Shown here: piece after piece, positions 14,601 through 29,323 of the stretch
Numbering within the stretch: position 1 is the first letter of the stretch
Layout of the letters: each line of letters begins with the position of its first letter
From: the human T2T-CHM13v2.0 reference genome, Homo sapiens
DNA length: 64,000 nucleotides
Assembly: GCF_009914755.1 (NCBI RefSeq)
Contig: NC_060931.1
Strand: one strand, 5' to 3'
Translations under genes and position numbers: made by a program
Notes under the pieces: generated by a model
Databases searched by the model: none
The model's input: the letters and a program-made list of their open reading frames with translations, nothing else
What the model was told of the DNA's origin: nothing

Positions 14601-16959
14601 GACTCCTAAGACCTGCATGTGTCAGGGTGTGTGCACTGGGCAGCCGCTGGCTTGTTATTGCTAACTTGGAGAATACCGCACCCTGCTTCTCTGCAGCAGC
14701 TCCTCAGGGGCCAGTCTTCACTTTCACAGGCTCACGGCTGCTGCTGGCCATGAACAGATGTTTCTCAGGGTGGATAACTTTTATCTTCTTGTGCTCTGTC
14801 AATCATGCATTTCTGCCCAGTGACCTTTTCTTCATGTCTCTTTACTAGGTGCCCATTTGTGGATGCAAACAGTGTCTCATTATTGGTTTCCTTGCTGTGT
14901 CCCTTGCCAGCCTTGTGTCAGGCTACAGCCTGTCAGCAACTTGTCACCCACAGTTCTAAACCAACACTATGGCTTATTGTTTTCTGCACACATCTCCCCT
15001 CTGTCTGGCATTGGATGGAACCTCACTCAGTGCCACGATCTGGCGCCGTTGTGCAGCACAAAGGGAGATAGGGTTAGGAGATGCTATGCACTTAGTCGCC
15101 TGTCAAAGATTATGTCTCTATGGGGCAATTTCCAACTAGGCTTTGTTATTTGGCTTCTAGTTCTTCCCTAGCCCCCTCCCTCATGCCCTTTCCTCCCACT
15201 ACTTATCGCTTATCCACACGGCCACAAGTGAGACCTGTGAAAAATATGAGACAAGATTTTACCTTGAACAACTTTAGGACTTGAAAGTTGAAGGCCTAGG
15301 CAATACCAGTGGAATGAATGGGAAGAAAATAATAATTGTAACTAAATTGCCATCAGTACACTTCTGTGGGGAAGGTGACAAAGGAACAGTGGGGATGGAA
15401 GAAACATTCATAAGGATCCTTCAAGGTTTTACATGAGAGAAACAAATCTATTTTGTTTCAGATATTGGCTTATTGCCTCTGAAGCTGAATGGTCTTGTAT
15501 GATTACTCTTTCTCTTTTTTCCATCGCTCACTTGTATTTCTCTACCAGCTCTAGAAATCTACTTCTTACTTAAAGGCACCGAATCCAGTAAAGCTGCATT
15601 TCCCTGACAGTAAAGAAGCTGTGTGCAACCCTAATATGTGTGTGATGTGTTTTATTCATTCCTGGACTTGTTTTTCTGTGAGCAACAAGTTTGAACACAA
15701 ATACACACTAGTTCATAACAATCTGTCATATCTTTGCCTCCATATGTAATATTTTATGTAAATAAAGTCTGTAATTAATTTTACAACCTTGGCAACCTTT
15801 TGCAGTTCTTTTCCTCATCACCATTATGTACAAAGTTAGCATGATATTAAAATTTTTCTATCAATTTATGTTCCTTGCTAATCTATTTCCAATCTGTGGC
15901 ACTTTAAAGATCTTTCCTTTGAAATCATTGCTTTCCTCAAATGGGAAAACTTTATAATTAGGTGGAGTGATTTTACATCAGTAAAATAAAAAAGAATGTC
16001 TCAAGATTTAACCCCTTATGCTCTATCTTTAGATGGTAATTTGCAAGGTGTCTGAGAATGCATGGCTTCAGAATTTATGTTTGGACTGCTTTTTTTCAAT
16101 AATTATGGTAATTCATGTGCAAACACAAATTACAAACTTCTGCAATATTTCCAATTTATTCATATTTTTATCCTTGCCTAGAAGCAACTGCTTTATTTTT
16201 GGACTGCATTTATCTGTTCTTTAGAAGCTATATGAGAATTTAACATTTCCTCTTCCAGAGGACAATGAAAGCCTGACAGATGAGAATGTAAAAGGGTCTT
16301 CTGTATTTCCCATTTTCTAATCACACAGTGTATTTCACCCTATTTCAGTTTTATGATTTGCACAGAAAGTAAAGGCATTATTTCACCCACATTTCTTCAG
16401 TCAGTCAAGTAAGGATACCAACAGGTGTGTGCTTTACACAGTGAAAGAATGCTCATCCCCGGTTGTGAAGAACTTTTAAAAATTTTCTGGTAGTAGGATT
16501 TTTATGTTTTAGTCTGGGAACACAAACATTCCTCTGGGTTCTTCGTTTTGTGTGTGTGTGTGTGAAACCAAAGAGAGTCTCCAGGCGTCAATACCTGTGT
16601 CTTTCCTTTGCTTTGTTACGTAGACATTTCTTGTTACAGATTGTTCAGTTGGCATCATCTTTACAAGCACAGTGGATCTTTCCACTTAGTTACAGGATGC
16701 GTTTCCAAAAACAAATGGAATCTTTTCCACAGAGAGCAGAGATCCTTTTTTCTTAGCCAGAAAAGATCTAGTTAGTTTATGATATAAGTAGAATTCCCCC
16801 ATATTATGGCATACCTTTCTCACTGTGCATCTTTTGAAATGCCACTCCCATGCTTGGGAGTCATCAGAAAGTGGTAGGATGATCAAACAGCCCTCTATTA
16901 TCTTGGGAACACCCCGGAGCCAGAGCTTTAGAAAACATGAGTAAGAACTCCTCACATTT

Positions 16960-17330
16960 CTGTCGATTTAATAGTTTAGCATCAGAAGCAGACCTTGAGA
17001 TGAGGATTCATGTGTGAGTGATTTGCTGGAGAAACACTCTTTGGACAAACAGAAAAGAGTGAGGGAACCGAGGGTGTGATTCCAAGCTAAGTCTCAGGAT
17101 TCTAACCCCGCAGGGAAGCACGTAAGACAGGCAGCTGGGCTTGCTTGGTCCCGCCCCCAATCAGTCATTGGCTGAGCACCACGTAAGGGCGGAGCCAGCA
17201 TGTTCAGAGCCTTGAGGGCTGCTTCCAAAGCAGAGTAACAAGTGTCATTTGTTGGAGGTTAAGGCACACTGAAGCCAGAAACAGCAAAGAGGACCTGAGA
17301 GCAACTTGGCGGAACACTGTATCCACTACA
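16960..17330 (-). mobile_element. Old ERVL-class LTR (LTR33/LTR16-like)
   Basis: CAGAAGCAGACCTTGAGATGAGGATT and ATCAGTCATTGGCTGAG resemble the LTR33 group. Confidence 0.5.
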
Positions 17331-17463
17331 TCACATAACTCCTGTGAAAACTGGTTTGGGCTTCATAGTATCACTGCGATGTTTCTTCCAAGGGTGATGT
17401 TTTTCTGCTAGTTAAGCCTTCTAGGGATCCGTCTCCACAAACAGGAAGCTTGAATGTTAAACT

Positions 17464-17668
17464 GAGTGATATTCTGGAGCTCACTCCAATTTACTTGCAA
17501 GAGCTGATTGTGCACATCCTGACTCCTATTTGAGCGATGCATTGGTAGCTTGCAATCAACTATGGCAGGGATGTTTACATATGGAAATCTTCAGTCAGGG
17601 CTTTTTCTGAGGGGGAGGGGTATGTGGAAGAAGGAGCCAGTTGTTAAACAATTACCATCATACCACTT
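17464..17668. mobile_element. MER63-like hAT MITE
   Basis: GCAAGAGCTGATTGTGCACATC…TTGGTAGCTTG…GCCAGTTGTTAAACA…ACCACT, with degenerate TIRs. Confidence 0.7.
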
Positions 17669-18473
17669 TGATGCTAAGCTGAAATGTTAATAGAGACAAA
17701 GATATTGTTAAAAGTGAATGTTTATTCTATTAAATGCATTAAACAATGTATACCCACAAATAATGTGTGTGAAACATTTTGTAAATCATGACATCATACA
17801 CCAATGTAGTTCTTGAAACAACAGCCTGTTACAACGTAAAACACACACAACATACAAAATTTCTCCCCAACTCCACCAAACTGGCGATATATGGTAAAAA
17901 AAATTGTGTGAAAAGGGGATTTTTTAGTTGTTTTGATATACTGTTGCTGATATTAAGCAAAAGCCATCCCAGAATAAAGTTCGGCTTTCATTTTCTTCTT
18001 TTATTTCCTTTCCCAAGATGCCTTATAATTGCATTACGACTCATGTCTTATACTTTGCTTCTCTGTTGGGCAGATATAAAATAATTTGTTGGGAGGAGTT
18101 ACCACGTAAATGTGGAATATTCTCCAGTCTGGCAGATATTATGAAGGAAATAGGCTAGTCTAATGAAGTCACAACAACAAAAAATCAAGATTTTCTCAGT
18201 CTGCCCGAGCATTTTCAAGGAGCACAGTGGTCTTCAAACTTAAAAAAAATCATCAATAAATCTCTTTTTAAAATGCAATATCATAAAGCCCTGTTTGAGG
18301 GTTGGGGAGGGGCGGTCAGCTCAACTCCTTTATCAGCCCCTCACCTGCTGGGACCAGCCAGGCTGGGGACCTGCAGTGGGGGAACTGCCCTGAAAGGATT
18401 GAGTCATATTCCTCCACTATTCCAGGAAGGCAATGCGTCTTTCATTTGATCACTACGGTTTTGAAAAGCAAAG

Positions 18474-18919
18474 TGTAGTAGACAGAATAATGCACTATTT
18501 CCCCCAAGATATTCACATTCTAATTCCTGAAACCTATGGATATGTTATCCTGCATGGCAAAAGGGACTTTGCAGATATGATTAAGTAAAAGCTCTTGAGA
18601 TGGGGAGTTATCCTAGATTGCCTAGATTGGCCCACTGTAATCACAAGGGTCCTTTGAAGAGGGAGGCTGTAGAGTTAGAGTCAGATAAGAAAATGTAGTG
18701 ATGGAAAGAGAGGTCTGAGTCATGTGAGGAAGAGCCGTGAACTCAGTAATGCAGGCAGCCTCTAGAAGCTGGAAAAAGCAAAGAAACTAATTCTTCCCTA
18801 AAGCCTCCAGAAGAAGCATAGCCCTGCTGAGATCCCATTTAGACTTCTGACCTTCAGAACTGTAACATAATAAATGTGTATGGTTTTAAGAATTGAGTTT
18901 GTGGTAGGAAACGAATACA
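18474..18919 (+). mobile_element. MLT1D-like solo LTR
   Basis: TGTAGTAGACAGAATAATG…GGCAAAAGGGACTTTGCAGAT…GGAAACGAATACA. Confidence 0.85.
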
Positions 18920-21298
18920 GCAAGTTTCTAGGCTCTGGTCTCTCATTTGAAGGTACCTTTTTTACTTCCTTTTTCATAGACCTGTTTGGTGATTTCCGTC
19001 AGCTGGGCAGGGAGAGTAATAAATGCAGCTCCTGAGAGGAATGCTACGTGTGACTTTTAATGAGCTCAAAGAACTCTTCTGTACTGGTTCGTTTATCCTA
19101 ACAAGTTTTTTTTTTTTTTTTTTTTTTTTTTAATGAAAAGGGATTTTAGTCTAGCTTAGCATGCAAAAACATTAACAGTGTCTAATATATGGAGTCTTTG
19201 CAGGTTTTATTATCTTCCTGCTAACCTGATTTTTACAAGATAAGCATTTTCTATTATAAATGAATTAGGTATTCATTATAGAAAATTGGAAATAAATGGA
19301 CATAGAAAGAAAAAGAAAAATCATCTATTTTCCCATTATCAGAGGAAACCACTCAACAGTTTGATATATTTCCTTCCAATGTTTTCTATGCAGTTTCTAT
19401 ATTTATTGTACTCATTTATGTGCATAACATTTTGTATCTTGCTATTTTTACTTACTATTATATAAATACTTCTTTATGATAGTGAATTTATTGTAACTGT
19501 AATTTTTGCTGTTCTTCAATTTGGAAACTGTACTTATGAGGGTTCTTGCATGCAAATGTAAGAAATCAACTCTGGCTAATGTAAGTAGAACATGTTGTGA
19601 TAAAAGGATATTCAGGTGGCTTATGGAACGGTGAAAAGACACAGGAATTAGGGAGACAAGGGTAGCCATGATCACTTTGCATAGTATGCTTGGAATCCTG
19701 GTCGTGGACCTCTCATTTTGGACTGTGCCATCTTTTATTATTGCCTCCAATACACTGAGAAGCCCCATGAGCATTATGCCTTTTTTTTTGTGATAGGAGG
19801 CTTGTTGCACAGCCACTTGCCCTTCCTCTTGGAAAGAATATGCTGATATGAGGTCCTGTAAGATTCCTTGAGTTGACACTTTCCTATATTTTTATGGGAT
19901 TTATCTTCCACTCTGTCATATATAGATATATTTCCATGGTTTCCAGGATAATTTATCTGGATCTTGATTTCCAGATCATATCATCATGATGTCATCCATA
20001 CAGACAGCCACCACAATGAACTGTGGGAGGATATAATGACTTTTTTTGGATTAATTTTGGCACAGAGCTAGAGATTTTGTATGATTCTGAGGCAAGATAG
20101 TAAAGGTGCACTCTGCTGTCTTCCAGATTGTAGCAAACTGCTTCTGGTCCTTTCTGCTTTTGAAAATTTACATAGAGAAAAACATGTTTTCTTAGATTAA
20201 AAGTTATATATGAGCTGCTAAGGTCTACATGTATTTGCTTCAAGAAGAATAGCACAGCTAAAACCGTATTTTCAAGTAGAGCAACCAACTGAGGAAGCTA
20301 ACGTGTAACCACTAATTCTCTAAGAACCACATGTCTTATGCACAGACTAAACTGAATGCTTAAATGGAATTGTCTATTCATTTGTTTCACAAATAGATAT
20401 TGAATGCCGAAGTGCCAGGTTCTATTTTAGACCTGAAACACATAAATGAACAAACAAAGGTTCTTGACATCATATAGTTCATATTCTAAAGAATCTTGCC
20501 CTTTGCAATTTTCAGGTTTGGAGGAAGACACCAGCCCTTGAGATTTACCATTTTGGTAGTGACAGAGACCACCAGGAGCTTCCAGCTGCCCTGTCTTGCT
20601 GTAATGGCACTCACTCCATGCACTTGTCCTCAATGTGGGTGGTATCATCTGAAAGGACATTTTGGAAATTTGTGGGTACATTTCTCATTACTGCAATGAT
20701 TATCTGTGCTGCTAGATTTTGTGGATAAGGGCCAGGGATGTCATATACAAGACAGACCTAAGCAAGAGAGAATCATCCTACTGCTGTACAAATTGCAGTA
20801 GCATTCCAGATATTCCATCGACTAAGACCTAACTCCATCTTTCATGGAATGCTATTGTGCTTTCATTGTTTCAATATTCTTCAAATTTTCCTGTAGTGGA
20901 ACTCCCATGCAAATTGGGGTTTGGTCTTACTTTGTTTGGAATTTTTCAAGAGTTTCACACCACTTAGCAAAATCACATCTTTGAAGGTAATGGCACTTGT
21001 GGCACTTGGGTTGCCAACACAACACACATGCATTGGTCTACACTGGCAGCTGTAGCATTCATAGGATACTATGTACCCTGTACCCAGGCTGGAGTACAGT
21101 GAATGGAACAAGCATCTGAGTAATTCATTATGACTTCTAATGCAATCATGCCTAAGTATTTCCTTCTATTTCTTTTGTTTTTTTCTTCATATTACTGTTA
21201 GGCCATTCTATTGTCCTTTAAAAACTTAGGTTTGTATGTTATTATCTATGAATTTTATTTCAGGAAAGTAAAGCAGGCTGTATAAAATGTCTGAAGGA

Positions 21299-21577
<279 letters not shown>

Positions 21578-22486
21578 TTAAGATTCACCACTTTATTGGC
21601 CCCTAAATTAAGAAGCCAGGGAGGGAATTCTGTCAGCTGATGAGCCAGCAATGCCATATCCAAGAAAAGGGGAAATAATCTCTAATTGTGAGATTCCACC
21701 CAGACTACAATAAAATGTTCTTGGTTCAGAATTGATCAATATTCATCAGCAGACTTGCATATGACCCTCTCTCACAGGTGAAACACCTGTGGTGCTTAGG
21801 GTGACCAAGTTTTAAAGTTAGCTTCAGCAAGTGACTAAGAGTCCCCAGTGCCACAGATTCTCTTTGAAGTTTAGGGAAAAGATTCACAGTAAATGCTTGT
21901 GTGTTGCAAAGCCCTCCTCAAGGACCTGCAGATTCTTCCTCAGCTAAGGAGCTCTGTATCTGTGAGATATGTGATTGTTAGGCCTCTATTCACCAGCCTG
22001 GAGACTTAGTTACAGCATCAAGATGCACTTTGGTAGTCTACTCATTTATTTTGGTGCTATGGACCTCATGGTCAATTATCCTCTGTGGAAAAGCCCACTT
22101 AAGTCAGCCACTGCAATTTTCACCCTGGCCCTTCTTTTTGTTGTGGTAGGTATTACCGTTTTCTGTTGGCATTTCATCAGGGCTCCTGAGTCTCCGCCAT
22201 CTCAGGATCCTGCTATCACCAAGGAAATATAAGAGCTCATTTCACTGCAGTGTCTCCTACCAGTGTCCTGGCATTAGGAAAGAACCACTTAAGTGCTTTT
22301 CAGAGATGCTAGCAGTCTTCTTGCCAGTGTATTTCCCAAGGCTATGGTGAACAAAGTGTCACGTGCCCTTGAAGGACAAGTTAGAGGATGGGTGAAGATG
22401 AATATGACTCATCCATTTTGGTATTCTTATATTATTAGTTCTTTATATATCTTCTTGTTTATTATACCAAGATTAAAATTTTATTA

Positions 22487-22745
22487 AAAATTATTTTATA
22501 GAGACAGAGTTTTGCTTTGTCACCCAGGTTGGAGTACAGTGATTTTATGACAGCTCATGGCAGCCTCAATTCCGTGGGCTCTAGCTATCTTCCTACCTCA
22601 GTCTCTGGTGAATTTTTAATTTTGTTGTAGAGACGGGGTCTTGCTATGATGCCCACACTGATCTCGAACTCATGGGCTCAAGCAATTCTCCTGCCTCAAC
22701 ATCCAAAAGTGCTGGGATTACAGGTGTGAACCACTGCACCCAATC
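22487..22745 (-). mobile_element. AluJ-like (diverged, partly deleted)
   Basis: GGGCTCAAGCAATTCTCC and GTCTTGCTATG are J-type features. Confidence 0.85.
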
Positions 22746-22830
22746 AAGGCTGTTTTTCTTTTTCTGGCATGCCAACTTCATTTAGTATTATCTACTGTCA
22801 TGTCTAGGTTTCAGGAAAATCATCCTAATG

Positions 22831-23263
22831 TCAATCAAAACCACTTGTAGCTGCTTGAATTAGTTGATCAAATACATAATCTTTGGTGAATGTACTTGTG
22901 CTGAATACATTTGTTTGAGCACCTTGAGAATTCATTTCCACACATATTCCCAGATTTTTCTGACATGAAATTGTAGAGCCCAGAAATTCTTTTGGTATAT
23001 AAGACTTCTCAAGTGTTTGACTTTCAAATTGTATTCCCAAGACATTCTGGGATCTGACTACATAGTTTTAAGACTAGTAGTAGAGAGAAATGAAGGATAA
23101 AGAGAGAATTGGCTTTTCCTTGCAAAGCAAGTTCTTCATATGATATTACTAGGGGGTCTTCAAGTACAGTAGAGATAACTTCATCAGACAGGGATGGAAG
23201 AGCTGAACCTTCTGTGGCAGTTGAAGGTTCAAGGCATTTAAAGTTCTCCAAATCTTCCCACAT
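22831..23263 (-). mobile_element. ERVL internal (gag) relic
   Basis: Adjacent frameshifted ORFs (WEDLE…PSLSDEVIS…EELALQGKANS; …SYIPKEFLG…) resemble recalled HERV-L gag (WEDPD…PPLSEEINP…EAVALQDNADS; …YTPKELLEF). Confidence 0.6.
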
Positions 23264-23267
23264 ATAG

Positions 23268-24131
23268 TGTATTCATCAGCTTGGTCTACCATAACAAAAT
23301 ACCATAGACTGGGTGGCTTGAACCATAAGAATGTATTTATTATAGTTCTGAAGGCTGGGAAGTCCAAGATCAAAGTTTTAGCTGATCTGGTTCCCTGGTG
23401 AGGTCTTTCTTTCTGATTTGTGGATGGCTGCTGATACGACTTGGTTGTTTTGTCCTCTCCATATCTCATGTTGAAATGTGATCCCCACTGTTGGAGATGG
23501 GACTTGGTGGGTGGAGTCATGTTAGAGTCACGGGGAGTAGATCTCTCATGAATGACTTTGTTCCAACCTTGTGGTAATGAGTAAGTTCCCGCTCTACAAG
23601 TTCATTCGAGATCTGGTTGTTAAAGAAGCTTGGCATCTCCTCCCTCTCTGTCACATGTAGCATGCTGGCTCCCCTTCCCCTTCTTCCATGATTGTAAGCT
23701 TCCTGAGACTCTCACCAGAAGCAGATGCCAGTAATATGCTTTGTGTACAGCCTGTAGAACCACGAACCAACTAAACCTCTTTTCTTTATAGGTTACCCAG
23801 TTTCATATATTCCTTTATAGCAATGCAAACAGACTAACACAGCAACACAGCTGCCTTCCTCCTGTGGCCTCACATGGCAGATAGAGAGAGAGAAAGAGAG
23901 AGTGAGAGAGAGAGTGAGAGAGAGAGAGAGAGAGAAGGAGATAGAGGGAATGAGGTGGGGAAGCAAACTCTCTGGTGTCTCTTCTTATAGGGGCACTAAT
24001 CCCATCATAATGTTCCTACCCTCATCTAAAACTAATTACTTTCCAAAGGCCCTATCTCTAAATACCATTATATTGAGGGTTTGGGCTTCCATATATTTGA
24101 ATTTTAGGGGGATACAGGTCAGTCCATAGTA
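23268..24131 (-). mobile_element. MLT1A-like LTR interrupted by an MST LTR; contains (GA)n at about 23879-23947
   Basis: CCATAACAAAATACCATAGACTGGGTGGCTT…AGTCCATAGTA. The halves rejoin across TSD GCTGC. Confidence 0.85.
23432..23849 (+). mobile_element. MST (MSTB/C-like) solo LTR nested in MLT1A
   Basis: TGATAC…CTCATGTTGAAATGTGATCCCC…TAGCAATGCAAACAGACTAACACA, with GCTGC on both sides. Confidence 0.85.
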
Positions 24132-24879
24132 CTATATATCCTCAGTACAATTCTCAGAGTTTGATTACTTTCCAATTCACATGCTAATTTTCACATATGA
24201 TGCATGGTAAACATATGAATTCGGATAATATGATTCAGTAACTTACAGGATAAATATCCTCAATTATTGTTAATTTCCAACCACCCCCTGGCTCTTTGTG
24301 TCACTCCCTCAATATTCAAAATCCATTGAGTATCTGATTGGATAAGCCTAGGTTGCTGACACACATCCTGGTTGTCTTCCACCATGGGAGGTAAAGCCCT
24401 GAATTCTTCACCTCTTGGGGCTTTCCCTAAATCAGCTCAGGTTTGGGTAGACAAAATGAAATAAAATAAAATAAATAAAACACAACAACCCACAAACCCA
24501 ACTATTTATTATAAAGATGTTTAGATATTTTTCTTCATTTTCATGCTATTTTAAATGACAGTCTGGTAAATAGCAAGGTTTTTGGTTATTTTCAGGATAG
24601 ATTCTCAGAAGCAAAGTTTTTGAGTCAAAGGTCTTATAAAAATTTTAAGACTTATGATATATACTGTCAAGTGACTTTTAAAAATTTTTGTACCAATTTT
24701 GTTCTCACTCCAGCCATATTGGACTGATCCCATTTCATTGCGCCCACACTCCCACTGACCAAGACATTTTCTTTTCTGTCAACAGTCCATCATTCTTTCT
24801 TGAAAACATTACTGTCTTATCTTTTAATGCAACTTAGCATTTCCCCACTGCTTTCTTGATTTCTTCTGTAGCCCCTTAA

Positions 24880-25345
24880 GAATACATGGAGTGAGAAGGA
24901 CACAATGTCATTTCTTTGGGATTCTTGCCCCAAATATACAACCCTTAAGCTGATTATGAGAGAATGTCAAACTCACTTGGATATTCCACAAAAAACCTGG
25001 CCTTCAAAAGTGTCAAGGTCATAAAGACAAAGAAAGACTCAGAAGTTGTCCCTGACTAGGAGAGACTAAGGAGATAAGATTACTAAATGCAAAGTGAGAT
25101 CCTGAACTGGGTCCTGGACCAGAAAAGGGCTATTCATGGAAAAACTAGTGAAATTTGAATAATCTTTGTATATTAGTTAATGATATAATCTCTATGTTTA
25201 TTTCCTGGTTTTGATAATTTCACTATGGTTATATAAGATGTTAACATTAAGAGAAGCTGGGTGAAGGGTGTATGATAGTACCTTTCTGTACCTGTATCAT
25301 GACTTTTCTGTAAGTCCAAACTTATTTCAAAATAAAGTTAAAAAA
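24880..25345 (+). mobile_element. L1MC/ME-type 3' end
   Basis: AAAAGTGTCAAGGTCATAAAGACAAAGAAAGACT…TTTCAAAATAAAGTTAAAAAA. Confidence 0.75.
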
Positions 25346-25872
25346 CACTCCTGGTTTGTGATGCTTATATCTTGTGTTTTGTCTGTAAATAGTAAAAAAT
25401 AAGCAGCAAAAGTTAATGTAGGGATCCTGGTCTTATTTCTTCTCTCCCCTATTTTTACTTTCCAGTGTCTCCTTATCTTATGAATAATGGTAAAGAGGTG
25501 TCATAAATGTGGCAAATCCCCCATACCTCATCCAAGGCAGACATAGCTAACGGATCCAGAGTCTTTTTCCAGTTGAGCTCATTTTCTGCCATCATGGCTT
25601 GGTTGGAATTGTCATGCTAGTTAAGATGTACTTATTGTCTCTGCATGATGGGATGCCTTACTGTTCTGTAATTCTTAATTGATTTCTGAAATTTGATTTG
25701 AAACCATGTATTTGCACCACTTTACATTTTAATACATGCTTCATTTTTTCTAAAGTTTTCTTTAAATAATTTAAGTATGCTTCTTCCATTTGTTTCATAA
25801 CCATGTACTCTGAGCTCTTTAAGCTGTGCTTGACATTTTGTTATTTCAGGAGCAAAAAAGAATTGGAATACA

Positions 25873-26173
25873 GGCCGGGTACAGTGGCTCACACCTGTAA
25901 TCTCAGCACTTTGGGAGGCCAAGTCAGGTGGATCACCTGAGGTCAAGAGTTTGAAACCAGCCTGGTGAATATGGCGAAACCCCATCTCTACTAAAAATAC
26001 AAAAATTAGCTGGGTATGGTGGCTGCACCTGTAATCCCATCTGTTTGGGAGGCTGAGGCAGGCGAATCGCTTGAACCCAGGAGGCAGAGTTTGCAGTAAG
26101 CCTAGATTATGCCACTGCACTCCAGCCTAGGTGACACAGCAAGACTCCACTGCCTCAAAAAAAAAAAAAAAAA
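25873..26173 (+). mobile_element. AluS
   Basis: Full dimer, poly(A), TSD AATTGGAATACA. Confidence 0.95.
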
Positions 26174-29100
26174 TTGGAATACATGATTCCACTCTGCAAA
26201 GAACTCAGAGTCCAAGTAAAGAGATGAAATATAATCACAAGAAAAACTAGATAATGTGTAAAAAACACATAATAAATATGATATAAAAACTGAAAGACTA
26301 AATTCTTAGACATTACAAATACACTAATGATTTGAAGGGCCAGTTTACGAGGGAATATCTTCTGGAGAAGTTGTGTTTCCTGTATTTGTGTAATGTGGAA
26401 TTGCCTAGGCCTCACCAAATATGAGTATAAATGCAGATCATATTAATAGTGACAACACAAATTTCACCCCACCTACTCTTTATGAACTTGCAGCTGTTCT
26501 CCAAGTGTTGTGGAAATCCTTCAAAGATGGTGCACGTGAACGTACAAATGATCACCTCCTGGCCTTTGATTCTGGCTTCTAGTTGATTTCTGCTACCTGG
26601 GAAGGCACTTGACTTGGCTGCTTCCTCCTGGCCTTGCTGCTCTTGCACTCGATAAGAGAGCTGATGTCCGAGCTGAGGCCACTCTTTTTCTGCTGCTTGC
26701 TGGAGTCTCAATAGGTTTGAGTCACACTAAAGTCTGCAGAAAACTAAAGGGAGAATTCCTGTTACCCAGTCTGTATCCTACCTCATCTCTCTACACCAAA
26801 TAGCATTCCTTGTGCCCATGAATTTCTCAGAATTCTTTGGAAATATAGCTCCTCACCTGGAACTGGATGAGAGAGCAACATTCAAGATAGATACCATGGA
26901 TTTTTCCTCCTAGTACTCATGCAAAAAAAAAAAAAATTCTCCTCAAGCCCAATAACCCTCATGCAAATTTACCCCTGGAAGAGCTAGTCATGGCATCAGA
27001 CTAGTTCAGATATTAGATTTTCCAGATCAAGCTCAAGATGCACTGTTGAGATCTCACTGTATTTCTTACTTGTTATCATTATTTTTCATGTGGTGATTAA
27101 AGTTCTGAAATGTACTTTCATTTAGATTGCTTGATTTACGTCTTTGGGTAGACATCTCTGTTAACCAATATTGGGAGAATCTTCTAAGGGTCTGCCCTAT
27201 ATGTAATGTCATGGACAACACAGTAATGGATGAAGATACTGTCTGGATTTGGTGACAGTAAGGCTTTTCATTTCTAAATGTTTTTTATACTCTGTTTTAC
27301 TCAGAAATATCATTAATCCTTGTACTGCGGTCATTTCCCTTAATGTTTTGTCCAAGGCTTATTTAAACTGTCAAGGGCCTTGATAAAATCCACCAGTGAA
27401 ATTCCCCAACCAAAGAATACTCTGTGCCCTCTGGAGCCTCACTCTATTATGCTTCTGCTTGTTTATTATCTTCTCATCTTTAACACATCTCCACCCACAC
27501 TCCTCGAGACAGCTCCTCAGTATTTCCGGGAAAATCAATGAAAGTTCCATACGAAGCATACTTTTTTTTAATTGTTGTTGTTGACTATTACACACTATCC
27601 ATTGCATAGGACTCTCATGCACTGTTTCTGACCTACTATGTCCATTGGTCTTTGAAGCCTGAGGGTTGCTCCTGTTTTCCCTCTCAGTCTCCTGGCATGG
27701 ACACGGATAGCACTGAATGTAATCTTAGTGCTTACTGGTCCCTCCTGTTCAGGAGTACACATTTACTAATGCAAATTCTTGATGATACTTACATGCCCTT
27801 GGACATAATTCCTATTGTCACTCAATTGGTCAGGATGGGGCTTTCTGTCTGCAGTTCAGTAGATGTACAGTAGCTTTTCCACAAAGCGTGGTCCATGGGT
27901 CACCTGTACCAGAAGTCCTAGGAGTGCTTTTAAACGTGTATGATCATTTTACTCCTGTCACACCTGCCACTATGTCAGAATCACTGGACTCATGAAGAAA
28001 TATTTGCGTGTCTGAACCATCTTCATTCTTTTCTTATTCTTGATTGAAAGTTCCTTTTTCAATATACAATTGAAAACAGAAAATATCAGTTCCTCAGAAT
28101 TTGAAGAAAATGTTTGATTGTGAGAATTTCCTGGGAGAGCTGTTTCTTCCTAAACCTAGAGCCAGAATTAGAGAGCTGGCCAGAAAGAATCAAAATCTCT
28201 TAGTATGAAAACAAAAAAATAATCTGTATTGTTAATAAGATTTGCTTAGTTTTATTAGGTTCTGTTTGGTCTTTGGCCATAACTACTTCACTCCATATTT
28301 GACTTTTCTGGACTTATTTTTACATTCATATCTATACCTCCATTTCATGGAAAGACTAGTTGATTCATTCTTTTAACACACATCTCTTTACTGAGACTCT
28401 AATTTGAATGAGACTCCGATACAAAGAAGAGCCAACGTCTCAGCTTTCAAGGAATTCACCTTTGAAGAGGGTAACAGACAAGAGGACAATTACTACCTAT
28501 CAACGATGAGAGCTGTGGTTGAGGAGGGCAGGCCATAGCACAGCAGAGTCAACTCAGTCTGGGAAGGTCCGGCAGAGCTTTCTACAAGTACTAACACTGA
28601 GCAGGCAAAGACTGAGGGCAGCAAAGTGTCAGAGCTTTCTGGTGTGTGTGTGTGTGCATGTCCATGAGTGCCTCTATTAGTTTGATTTACTTTGGTCATC
28701 TTCTTTCTACTATTTTTATTCTAGTAGTTAAATCCTTATTGTTTTCACATCCCTCTCTACCTCCTTTCATCCCCTCCTCCCATTTTTACTGAGCCATTTC
28801 GAGGGAACCAATCCTCTCATCCCCACTAGCATTGGCCAGCCATACTTCTCCAAGTGTTCCTTCTGCTTCCATTTCCCTCTCTTCTCCCTTGTTCTTGTTG
28901 GACCTTGAACGAGTAAGTGCAGGTATTCCTTCAGGATCCCTGCATACCTGCACCTTGTGCAGTGGTCCCCATCAAAGACTGAACTGGCCAATCTCTGACA
29001 CTGAATGACATTGAATGAGGAGGGATGATTGGCCCAAAAGAGGCGCAATGATTTCTCTCCACCCCCTAGTGAGAGTCAAGAGCGAGTAGTTTGTTACAGC

Positions 29101-29323
29101 CTTCCCCTGCCCTAGCTCTGCCTAATACCCTAGCTCTGCCTAAGTTCCTCCAGTCTGCTTGCTGCCCCATATGGATGAGTAAAGGTTGCCACATTACCAG
29201 CTCTTCAGAAAGATGTTAGAGACTTTGTTTATTAAGTGTCAGCCATACTGTATGATCTCTGGATCAAATACCTTGGGGCATTTAAGGTACCAGTAGTTTT
29301 GATTCACTTACGAATTAGTTGCT

